From assembly GCA_963812605.1 (NCBI GenBank), contig CAWEWF010000001.1, positions 480,001 to 544,000 on the forward strand: a stretch of 64,000 nt of DNA. Reading direction: 5' to 3'. Source of the DNA: an uncultured Verrucomicrobiae bacterium (GTDB lineage Bacteria; Verrucomicrobiota; Verrucomicrobiia; Palsa-1439). Positions 29,748 to 38,516 of the stretch are shown here, piece after piece. Position 1 is the first letter of the stretch; every line of letters starts with the position of its first letter. The notes under the pieces are model-generated. The model made no database searches. It was given only the letters and a program-made list of their open reading frames with translations, and was not told where the DNA came from. The position numbers were made by a program, and so were the translations under genes.

Positions 29748-29838
29748 AACGGCAAAGAACCAACGGCATGAATTGAATTGAGATGTCCCTGGAGTTGGAG
29801 CTTGATTGTTGCCCGGCGTTTCTTAAGTATCTTTGGAC

Positions 29839-30621
29839 ATGCAACCCAACGTGACTTCTTTGGCGGGGAGATGCGGAATCGTTTTTGGAGTGGCCAGCAA
29901 GCGTTCGATCGCCTGGGCGATTGCGCAGGCGTGGCATGACGCCGGGGCGAAATTGGCGTTTACCTACCAGGGCGAGCGGCTGAAGGAAAACGTCGAGGAG
30001 TTGGTGTCCAGTTTTGGGGAGCGCACGCCGATGTATCCCTGTGATGTGACCAAGGATGAGGATCTCGCGCGGGTCTTCGAGCAAGTGGGGAAGGATTTCG
30101 GAAAACTCCATGTCTTGCTGCATTCGGTGGCTTACGCGCCCAAAGAAGCGCTGGAGGGCCAATTCCTCGATACCTCGCGCGAAGCTTTCCGGGTCGCCCA
30201 CGATGTCAGCGCCTATTCGTTGGTGGCAATGGCGCGGGGGGCGGCGCCGTTGATGACGGAGGGAGGGTCGATCCTGGCGATGACATATCACGGATCGGTC
30301 AAAGTGGTGCCGCACTATAATGTGATGGGGGTGGCGAAGGCTTCGCTGGAAGCTTCCGTTCGCTATCTGGCCTACGATTTGGGGCCGAGGAAAATCCGGG
30401 TGAACGCGATTAGCGCGGGCCCGGTCAATACGCTGGCCGCCCGCGGTATTTCGGGTTTCACGCAGATGCTCAAGCACCACGAAGAGCGTGCACCGCTCAA
30501 GAGAAACCTTGATCCCAAGGAACTGGGTGCTACAGGATTGTTTTTGGCAAGTGATATGTCCACGGCGACGACCGGGCAGGTCATTTACGTGGATTGTGGC
30601 TATGAAATCATGGGAATGTAG
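29839..30621 (+). CDS. fabI: Enoyl-ACP reductase
   Basis: GVASKRSIAWAIA, YNVMGVAKASLE, ISAGPVNTLAA. Confidence 0.93.
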   Translation: MQPNVTSLAGRCGIVFGVASKRSIAWAIAQAWHDAGAKLAFTYQGERLKENVEELVSSFGERTPMYPCDVTKDEDLARVFEQVGKDFGKLHVLLHSVAYAPKEALEGQFLDTSREAFRVAHDVSAYSLVAMARGAAPLMTEGGSILAMTYHGSVKVVPHYNVMGVAKASLEASVRYLAYDLGPRKIRVNAISAGPVNTLAARGISGFTQMLKHHEERAPLKRNLDPKELGATGLFLASDMSTATTGQVIYVDCGYEIMGM

Positions 30622-30920
30622 TGATTTGTTTTGATAATGGCCTCCAGGCCAGCCACATACGTATTTTTTCTTGATTTCCGGATCGCTTCAATCGCTGGTT
30701 TGTCTATCCGGCCCCGCGCCCAGGTAGCCTCTCGGCTGGTTACAGATTTTTGTGGCGGAGATTTTGCCCTTCGTAACATGTCCAGTTCGGAATTCCTGTC
30801 ATGTCAGTGGCAATTTGTAACACGGGTTACCATTGGGCGTTGCACCTTGACAAATAAGCTGCCGGGGCCTATGAACATGTTCACTTTACACTTTACCAGG
30901 CGTGATTTACGGCTTTCCTT

Positions 30921-30936
30921 TGGCTTGGAAGGTGCT
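30921..30936 (+). promoter_or_regulatory. Possible sigma-54 -24/-12 promoter
   Basis: TGGCTTGGAAGGTGCT = GG-N10-GC; weak match to consensus. Confidence 0.35.
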
Positions 30937-31003
30937 TAATGTAAGTGCGGACGCCGCCGATATCGCGGTGTCTGGGGTCAAGGTGTTGGCCTGACAGGTT
31001 TAC

Positions 31004-32416
31004 ATGTCGGGAGTCGTACTGGACATGCCAAGAGCGAAGATACTCGTAGTTGACCAAGACATCTCCTGGACCCTTAGGTTGTCGGATCTCCTCATTCAGG
31101 ACGAATGTGAGATGTTTTCGGCGAACTCGGTCCAGGATGCCATGCTGCTTCTTGACGCTCGGAGCATCGACATTGTCATTGCTGAAATCAATATGTCGGG
31201 AACGGACGGCACAGCGTTTCTGGAGCAGATGCGCCAGGTTTTCCCGGAAACCACCGTTATCGTCCACACCGCCAAGGCATCAGTGGAACAGGCCGTTCGG
31301 GCCACCAAATTGGGAATCTTCGATTACCTCCAAAAATCGGAAGATCCCGCGGCACTCACAACGCTACGAGAACGTGTCGGGCAAGTGGTACGGGAAATTG
31401 GGACGCTCGTGCGAACCTCCGTGGTGGACCCCCGAACCCGGGGGCTGCTCGCCGCGCCGGTACAAGGCTTCTACGGGATCATCAGCCAGAACCCGCAGAT
31501 GCGCGACATTTTCGAGTTGATCCAAACCATCGCGGATTCCTACGCCAACGTGCTGATCCACGGAGAAACCGGAACCGGCAAGGAACTCGTGGCCCGCGCC
31601 ATTCATGAGGCGAGCGGCCGTCACGGGAAACCGTTCGTCACGCTCGATTGCACCGCGCTGGCGCGCGAGCTCTTGGAAAGCGAGTTGTTCGGCCACGAAA
31701 AGGGCGCTTTTACGGGCGCGGTGGATCGTCACGTTGGCCGCTTCGAGCGGGCCAATGCGGGAACACTTTTTCTGGACGAAGTCGCCACCATCAACCTCAA
31801 CGTGCAAGCCAAGCTGTTACGGGTCTTGCAGACGCGCACGTTCGAGCGCGTGGGCGGTTCCAAGTCGATCTCGGTGGATGTGCGCATCATTGCGGCAACG
31901 AATCGCCCGCTGGAAACGTGCGTGGCGGAAGGAATTTTTCGCGAAGACTTATATCATCGGCTCAATGTCGTGCAGATCGAGTTGCCACCGTTGCGCGAGC
32001 GCACGGTGGACATCCCGTTGCTGGCGATGGAATTCCTGCGACGATTTTCCCGGCAGAACGGCAAGGACCTGCGCGGATTCACCGACGCCGCTATCGACGT
32101 GCTGTGCCGTTACAATTGGTCCGGCAACGTGCGCGAGTTGGAAAACGTTGTCCTGCAAGCGGTGGTGCTCGCCAAATCCTCGCTTATCGATGCCAGCGAT
32201 TTGCCCAAGCGGATTACGGAATCCAAACCCGTGCTGGGGTCGCAGTCGGCGGCGCTGGCCGACCAGTTGGGAGAACCCGAGAAACAAATTCTCATCAATG
32301 CGCTCCGCCAGCACTCAGGCAACATCAAGCGCACCGCCGAAGCCCTGCAAATCAGCCGCACGACGCTCTACGCCAAGTTGAAAAAATATCAGATCGACCC
32401 CGATGCAATCCGCTGA
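31004..32416 (+). CDS. Sigma-54 enhancer-binding protein (NtrC/FleQ-like) with atypical receiver
   Basis: GETGTGKE, ESELFGHEKGAFTGA, LFLDE, Fis-type HTH; receiver DIVIAEINM has Glu at the phospho-Asp position. Confidence 0.92.
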   Translation: MSGVVLDMPRAKILVVDQDISWTLRLSDLLIQDECEMFSANSVQDAMLLLDARSIDIVIAEINMSGTDGTAFLEQMRQVFPETTVIVHTAKASVEQAVRATKLGIFDYLQKSEDPAALTTLRERVGQVVREIGTLVRTSVVDPRTRGLLAAPVQGFYGIISQNPQMRDIFELIQTIADSYANVLIHGETGTGKELVARAIHEASGRHGKPFVTLDCTALARELLESELFGHEKGAFTGAVDRHVGRFERANAGTLFLDEVATINLNVQAKLLRVLQTRTFERVGGSKSISVDVRIIAATNRPLETCVAEGIFREDLYHRLNVVQIELPPLRERTVDIPLLAMEFLRRFSRQNGKDLRGFTDAAIDVLCRYNWSGNVRELENVVLQAVVLAKSSLIDASDLPKRITESKPVLGSQSAALADQLGEPEKQILINALRQHSGNIKRTAEALQISRTTLYAKLKKYQIDPDAIR

Positions 32417-32423
32417 ACGCGGC

Positions 32424-33926
32424 TCATTTGGACCGGCGGGAATAGATGGCCGCGACCTCATCCGTGTACGACAGGCTCCAATCCTTGTGCAGCGCCAGCA
32501 ACTCATTTAGCGGATGCGCGCGCGGAAGAAACGTCCAATCGACCTTGTACTTGCGCAGGACATCTTCCCAGCCGGGATGAGCCTGGTTTACGGTGTCGAA
32601 ATCCCGGATGAGTTCCGGACCGTAGAAGTCGTTGCGGCCGTCCACGAACACCCTATGCTCGGGCATCACCAACACCAGGTAGCCGCCCCAACCGTAGTCG
32701 TTGAACATCTCGCCACTCACAGCGCGGGGATTAGCGGTGACGAACCGGGTTGCGGCAACTGGGAAATAAGCGGGGAGGATCTCGGTGACCACGATGGGCC
32801 GGCCGCCGAAGAGTGTTGGTTTGGCGAGAACTCCGAGCAACGCGATGAGAACGACGACCACCATCACGCATCCGTTGGTCGAGTGGTCGACCCGGCTCAC
32901 GTTCGCGGAAAGTCTGCGATACCATTCCATTATGCGGCCGGGACCCGCCCTGTGAATGGCTGCCTGCCAATGCTCGGCGAGGATTGGGGTGACAACAATG
33001 GCGAAGATGGGCACATTGCGCACGGTTTGGAGCGCGAGGTGGCCCCACACACTGACCAACAGCACATCGGTCGCGTGAAGCCGTGGGCGCGCCACAATCA
33101 GCAGTACGGCCAACACGAGCAATTGCAACAAGAAGCCGCCCATCGCGGCCGAGTGAAAGCTCGGTGAGCGGAACTCGTTGGTGAACTTCGCAAGCACGGG
33201 CTCGCGCAAAAACTGCACGATGTGCGTGTGCAAGTGCCAGCCGTTCGGATTGATAAGCGAGGCCGCCACGCAGGCCACCCCCGTGATTACGAAGATCGCC
33301 GCCTTTTTTGGTTGGGCAAGATTCCCGGCGGCATAGATGCCGAGCATTACGAAGCCCGTAAAAAACGCCCCGTGAAGGTTCGCCCACAGCGTCATTAGCG
33401 GAATAAGCGGTCCCAACAACCGTAACACCCCCGCCTCGGGATGGCGGTCGAACGCGCGCAACCGCCAAGCGAATACAACGGTGAGCAGAAGCGTTATCAG
33501 ATGCGGTCGGGCCAGCCAATGATGTGTGGAGGCCAGCGCCGCCAGGAGCACAAGACCCGTTGCGAGCAACGACTCACAGTCTTCCGCCACCAGCCAACGA
33601 TACAACAGCCACAGCGTCGTCGCGATCAACAGCGCCCCCACTAATACCGCGCCGTTCCAGCCGAGCTTGTTGCCGGCGGCGGCGAAGATTACTTCGCTGA
33701 GCCACTCTTTTGAGATTAGCGGCGCGCCGAACCGGGTGTGAGAGAATTGGTCGACGCGAATCACGGCGCGGTGCTCGATCATCCACTGGCCGATCCGCCA
33801 ATGGAGGGATGGGTCGCCATCCGCATTGATCATGACCAGCCGCCAGTTCGACAAGCACAGGATGAGCAACACCACCAGCCAGATCATGGCGCCCAGCGAT
33901 GGCAGCAGCCAGCGGCGTGCGTTCAG
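32424..33926 (-). CDS. Polytopic GT-C (STT3/AglB-like) protein, paralogue 5; probable CTG start
   Basis: DGDPSLHW, FSHTR, EWLSE, LARPH, LWANLHG, NPNG, FNDYGWGGYL, VFVDGRNDFY; family call is by motif analogy. Confidence 0.7.
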   Translation of the reverse strand: MNARRWLLPSLGAMIWLVVLLILCLSNWRLVMINADGDPSLHWRIGQWMIEHRAVIRVDQFSHTRFGAPLISKEWLSEVIFAAAGNKLGWNGAVLVGALLIATTLWLLYRWLVAEDCESLLATGLVLLAALASTHHWLARPHLITLLLTVVFAWRLRAFDRHPEAGVLRLLGPLIPLMTLWANLHGAFFTGFVMLGIYAAGNLAQPKKAAIFVITGVACVAASLINPNGWHLHTHIVQFLREPVLAKFTNEFRSPSFHSAAMGGFLLQLLVLAVLLIVARPRLHATDVLLVSVWGHLALQTVRNVPIFAIVVTPILAEHWQAAIHRAGPGRIMEWYRRLSANVSRVDHSTNGCVMVVVVLIALLGVLAKPTLFGGRPIVVTEILPAYFPVAATRFVTANPRAVSGEMFNDYGWGGYLVLVMPEHRVFVDGRNDFYGPELIRDFDTVNQAHPGWEDVLRKYKVDWTFLPRAHPLNELLALHKDWSLSYTDEVAAIYSRRSK

Positions 33927-35482
33927 GGGATCCTCCCATAAATAGTGGCGACCGGATCGCTATAGACCAGTCTCCAATCGACGCGCTGGGCCAACACACG
34001 GTTCAGTGGGTGCTCTGGTGGCAGAATAGTCCAGTCGACCTGATACTTCTTCAAGATGTCTTCCCAACCGGGCTCGACGCTATTCACATGAACGAAGTCC
34101 CTGACAACTTCTTCTCCGTAAGCATCCAGGTTGGGATGGAGGAAGACCTTTCGCTCGGGCATCGCCAGGATGAAATAACCGCCCCACGTGTATTCGTTGA
34201 ACATGTTACCACGCACCGCCGTGGGGGACCGGCGCAGGAATTCAACGGCGCCGGCGGGAAACCGGCTGGCGGGAAGTTCCGTAGCCAGGAGCGGCGGGCC
34301 ACCGAAAAGTTGGGGCTTGGCCAGCACCACAATCATGGCGATCACGGCCAGCCCGGGCAGGCCCCTGGCTCCGGCCATTTGATCCACGGAGATCAAGCGC
34401 GCGGAAAGGTCCCGGTAGCGTTGAAGAATGCGAGACCGGGTTGCGGTGCGCAGGCAGGCATTCCAGTGTTCCGCAAGGATCGGTGTGACCACGATGGCGA
34501 AGAGCGGCCCATTGCGCACCATGCGTAGTGAAAGGACCAGCCAGGCTACCAGCAACAGTCCGTCCGTTACGCGCAAGCGCGGCCGTGCGATTACCAGCAG
34601 TAACAGCACTACGAGCAACAGGATGACGAATGGCACCGTACTGGGACCATGGAAATCCGGCGGGAGATATTCTTGCGCAAATCCCATCAGCAGCGGGCTC
34701 CGCATGTAGCGGAAGATTTGGACGGGGAGATGCCAGCCATTGGGGTTCAGTAGCGAAGCCAGAAAACAGGCCATACCCAGCGCCGTCAGTACCGTTACCC
34801 GCCGGCATAACGCCGGGCGTTGGTCCGCAGCCGCGCGGGCCCAATTCACGACCGTACCGATCCAGTGGATTCCGATCAGCACGAACGCGAAGACGAAAGC
34901 CCCGTGCAGATTGGCCCACAACGCCGTCAGCAAGGGCAGGAGAATCAGCAAGTGGCACGCTGTCGTACGTCCGCGCTCGAACCATCGTAATTGCCACGCG
35001 AAGACGAGCACCAGGAGTTGCGTCGCCAGATGCGGCCGGGGCAGCCAATGCGTCACACACACGGCGGCCGCCAGCAGCGTCAGCAGCGTGGCCAGCAGGA
35101 GTTCATTGCCTTCGGCGAGCAACTGCCGGTGCAACAGCCACACCACCGTGGCGCAGACCACCGAAGCCACGAGGACGATACCGCCCCAACCGAGGAGGTT
35201 ACCCGCGAGCGCGGTCACGATCTCGCTCAGCCACCACAAATTCACCAGCGGTGCGCCTCCGCGGGTGTGTGAGAATAATTCAGTTCGCAGAATCGCGTGA
35301 TGTTGCAACATCCAGTTCCCCTGCTGCCAGTGCCAGCAGGGGTCGGAGTCGGAGGCGACCATTGTCACGCGAGCGGCCGTTAGATTCGCCGCGAGAAAGA
35401 AAACCAACCAGAGGACTGTGCTGACGGATGGCAACCACCATTGGCGGTGTGGAGGCGAACGTTCGATGACGGGAGAGTTCAT
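33923..35482 (-). CDS. Polytopic GT-C-like protein, paralogue 4
   Basis: DSDPCWHW, LPRPH, LWANLHG, FNEYTWGGYF, variant VFLHPNLDAY. Confidence 0.7.
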   Translation of the reverse strand: MNSPVIERSPPHRQWWLPSVSTVLWLVFFLAANLTAARVTMVASDSDPCWHWQQGNWMLQHHAILRTELFSHTRGGAPLVNLWWLSEIVTALAGNLLGWGGIVLVASVVCATVVWLLHRQLLAEGNELLLATLLTLLAAAVCVTHWLPRPHLATQLLVLVFAWQLRWFERGRTTACHLLILLPLLTALWANLHGAFVFAFVLIGIHWIGTVVNWARAAADQRPALCRRVTVLTALGMACFLASLLNPNGWHLPVQIFRYMRSPLLMGFAQEYLPPDFHGPSTVPFVILLLVVLLLLVIARPRLRVTDGLLLVAWLVLSLRMVRNGPLFAIVVTPILAEHWNACLRTATRSRILQRYRDLSARLISVDQMAGARGLPGLAVIAMIVVLAKPQLFGGPPLLATELPASRFPAGAVEFLRRSPTAVRGNMFNEYTWGGYFILAMPERKVFLHPNLDAYGEEVVRDFVHVNSVEPGWEDILKKYQVDWTILPPEHPLNRVLAQRVDWRLVYSDPVATIYGRIP

Positions 35483-37008
35483 GAGCGGTTACGCAAAAAG
35501 ACCATGGTTTGCTGGTTGGAGAAAACCAATTGCCAATCCGTCCGCATTTCCAAAATGCGATTTAGCGGATGCTGCACGGGCAGGAGCGTCCAGCCGACAT
35601 GATATTTCCCGAGCACATTCTCCCAGGCGGGCGTCAGATGGGAGACGTCGGTGAATTCGTGGAGGAAAGCCGCGTCGTAAAAATCGTCGCGACCGTCGAT
35701 GAACACCTTGTGTTCCGGCAGGTAAAGGATGAGGTAGCCGCCCCAGCCGTCTTCGTTGAACATTTCGCCATGGACCGCCTGTGGATGCGCTCGCAGGTAA
35801 TTCACCGTTGCCACCGGAAACCGATTCGCCGAAATCTCCGTCTCCACCATTGGCTGGCCGCCGACGAATACGGGCTTCGCAAGGACGAACAGCATGGCCG
35901 CCAGGACCGTCGCCACCAGGCCGTTGCCGCCCGCGGCGCGATTCAACAAGCCCACGTCGTTCGAGACTCGGCGAAACCAGCGGCTCCCTGGCGAGTCACG
36001 CGTATCCCGCCAGCCGGCGGACAGGTGCTCGGCAAAAATTGGCGTGGCGATCAGCGCGAAAATCGGCACGTTACGCATGGCGTTCAGCCCCGAGTATAAC
36101 CAGAAGGCAACGAGAAGGAGATCGGTGGTTGCCCAGGGCCGGCGGACGACGATGAGCATCAATCCCAGCACCAATAACTGCAGGGCGAAGCCGTGCATCC
36201 CGGCGAAGTGAAAATTGGCGGAGTTCCATTCGCCCGTAAAATGCGCCCGCGTGGAGTTCCACAGGAAACCGAGCAGGTGCTGGTGAAGTTTCCACCCGTT
36301 CGGGTTCAGGAGCGTGGCCAGCGCGCAGGTCGCCCCCAGAATTCCCAGTGTCATTGCGCGGCGGCGCAACGCGGGCTGAAAAACGGCCCCGACGAAATGG
36401 ATGCCGATGAGGATGAGTCCCGCGAGAAATCCACCATGGAGATTTGTCCATAACACGATCAACGGCACCAGCCAGAGGAAAAGTTGGCGTGTGTTCACGA
36501 GATCACGATCAAACCAGCGGAGTTGCCGCTCGAAGATGACTACAAACAGCAGCGTGTACAAATGCGGTCGCGCCAGCCAGTGCGTCGAGCAGGCCAGCGC
36601 CGCCAGCATGACCAACGCCGTCGAAATCAATGTGTCGCTTCCCTCCGCCAGCAGTTGTCGGTGGAGCAACGTCAGGGTGGTCGCAATGACCAGGGCGGCG
36701 ATCAGCACCACGCCGTTCCAGCCCAACGAGTTTCCCGCCGCGGCAAAGAGCACTTCGCTCAGCCATTCCTTGGTAATGAACGGCGCGCTTGGGCGGGTGT
36801 GGGAGAACAGGTCACTGCGCATGATGGCGTGATGTTCGATCATCCAGCTACCGGTGCGCCAATGCCAACACGGGTCGCCATCGGCATTGATGAGCACCTG
36901 GCGCCACCCGGTCAGCAGGATCGCCAGGAAGAACGTGATCCAGAGGAACTGCGTGAGCGACGGCAGCCACCAGTGGCGGCGGGGGGCGATGACGGCGTCG
37001 TTGCTCAT
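35479..37008 (-). CDS. Polytopic GT-C-like protein, paralogue 3
   Basis: DGDPCWHW, EWLSE, LWTNLHG, FNEDGWGGYL, VFIDGRDDFY. Confidence 0.7.
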   Translation of the reverse strand: MSNDAVIAPRRHWWLPSLTQFLWITFFLAILLTGWRQVLINADGDPCWHWRTGSWMIEHHAIMRSDLFSHTRPSAPFITKEWLSEVLFAAAGNSLGWNGVVLIAALVIATTLTLLHRQLLAEGSDTLISTALVMLAALACSTHWLARPHLYTLLFVVIFERQLRWFDRDLVNTRQLFLWLVPLIVLWTNLHGGFLAGLILIGIHFVGAVFQPALRRRAMTLGILGATCALATLLNPNGWKLHQHLLGFLWNSTRAHFTGEWNSANFHFAGMHGFALQLLVLGLMLIVVRRPWATTDLLLVAFWLYSGLNAMRNVPIFALIATPIFAEHLSAGWRDTRDSPGSRWFRRVSNDVGLLNRAAGGNGLVATVLAAMLFVLAKPVFVGGQPMVETEISANRFPVATVNYLRAHPQAVHGEMFNEDGWGGYLILYLPEHKVFIDGRDDFYDAAFLHEFTDVSHLTPAWENVLGKYHVGWTLLPVQHPLNRILEMRTDWQLVFSNQQTMVFLRNRS

Positions 37009-38516
37009 GACAGGTGCGAGAAGACCAGCGCTTGTTGATTGGAGAAGACCAGGCTCCAGTGCGGGCTCAGTTCGAGGATGCGATTCAGCGGATGCTGTAC
37101 GGGCAGGATTGTCCAACCGATGCGGTATTTCGCAAAGACAGCTTCCCAACCGCGTTGCGGCACGTCCATCGTTTGGAAATCTCGCAACAATTCGACGCTA
37201 TAAAACTCCGCGTCGAAGAATGGCTTCCGCTCCGGCAACGCAAACTCGAGATAGCCGCCCCATAAGAAGGTATTGAACATTTCCCCGTGGATGATTTCGG
37301 GGTGCTCCCGCAGGTAGGCCACCGCATCGGTCGGATAACGACTTGCCGGAAACCCGGTCGTCAACGCCGATTTGGCGAGAATCAACAGCACACAGAGAAG
37401 CGCCGCGGCAATGGGCAGGGCGCTACCCGCCGCGCGATCGAGGGCCGTTACCCGCACGGCCCACACGTGGTAGCCTTGCCACCATGACGAAGGGAGTTCG
37501 GTCCGCACGAAATCCGTGAGCCAATGCGCCAGCAGGGGAGTGACGAGCAGCACGAAGATCGGGACATTGCGAGCGGAGAACAACGCGAGGCAACCCCAGC
37601 CGCCCACCAGCAGGACATCGGTCGCGTCCAATGACGGATGCACCACCATCAACGTCACGCCCAGCAGGAGCAACAGCAACAGGAAGCCTCGCATGCCGAC
37701 CGTGTGAAAATTCGGCGACGCGAATTCGGTCGTGAGATCCGCCAGTTCCGGTGAACGCAAGAAACCGAGAATCTGCGCGTGCAGCTTCCAGCCGTTCGGG
37801 TTCACGAACGACGCGGCGAAACAAGTCAATAGCAACACAGCAAGCGTTTTCGACATTGTGTATAAGCCGGATCGCCGCCACGCGGTACAGGCGGAGCCGA
37901 GGGCATACATGGCAATGAGCACCAAGCCCGTCATGAACGCGCCGTGCAGGTTGGCCCACAAGATCATCAATGGCGGCAAGGACAGGAACACTTGCTGCGC
38001 GGATGCGCGTCCCTGTTGGAACCGGCGCAATTGCCAGGCAAACACCAGCGTTAGCAAGTGGGTGAACAACAGTGGGCGCGCCAGCCAATGCATCGAGCCG
38101 GCGAGCATGGCCACGAGAACCAAAACCGTCGCGAGCAGGGGGTCGCAACCGTCCGCCAGCAATTGGCGGTGAAGCAGCCAGTAGATGGTGGCAATCAGCG
38201 TGGCGGCGACAAGAACGACTCCATTCCAGCCAAACTGATCACCCGCCGCCGCGTACACCACTTCGCTGAGCCACTCCATCGACACAAACGATCCCTGATG
38301 CGTATGAAGGACGTTGTTTTCCCGGACAATTGTATGATGCTGGATCGTTAATTCGCCGAATCGGCGATGCCAGGCGGGATCGCTGTCAGCACTGATGAGG
38401 ACGATGCGGGCACTGGTCAGATTCAACCCGAGAAAGAGCATGATCCAGATCATCGCGCTCAGCGACGGAAGCCACGCGCGGGCGCGGATGTCGTGGTGGG
38501 GCGAAGCGTCCTTCAC
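37005..38516 (-). CDS. Polytopic GT-C-like protein, paralogue 2 (GTG start)
   Basis: DSDPAWHR, EWLSE, LWANLHG, FNTFLWGGYL, shortened PFFDAEFY. Confidence 0.7.
   Translation of the reverse strand: MKDASPHHDIRARAWLPSLSAMIWIMLFLGLNLTSARIVLISADSDPAWHRRFGELTIQHHTIVRENNVLHTHQGSFVSMEWLSEVVYAAAGDQFGWNGVVLVAATLIATIYWLLHRQLLADGCDPLLATVLVLVAMLAGSMHWLARPLLFTHLLTLVFAWQLRRFQQGRASAQQVFLSLPPLMILWANLHGAFMTGLVLIAMYALGSACTAWRRSGLYTMSKTLAVLLLTCFAASFVNPNGWKLHAQILGFLRSPELADLTTEFASPNFHTVGMRGFLLLLLLLGVTLMVVHPSLDATDVLLVGGWGCLALFSARNVPIFVLLVTPLLAHWLTDFVRTELPSSWWQGYHVWAVRVTALDRAAGSALPIAAALLCVLLILAKSALTTGFPASRYPTDAVAYLREHPEIIHGEMFNTFLWGGYLEFALPERKPFFDAEFYSVELLRDFQTMDVPQRGWEAVFAKYRIGWTILPVQHPLNRILELSPHWSLVFSNQQALVFSHLS

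Noticed and set aside
30631-30939. 102-aa ORF between fabI and the sigma-54 activator
   Set aside because: TTG start, AT-richer regulatory-looking DNA, no recognisable protein features
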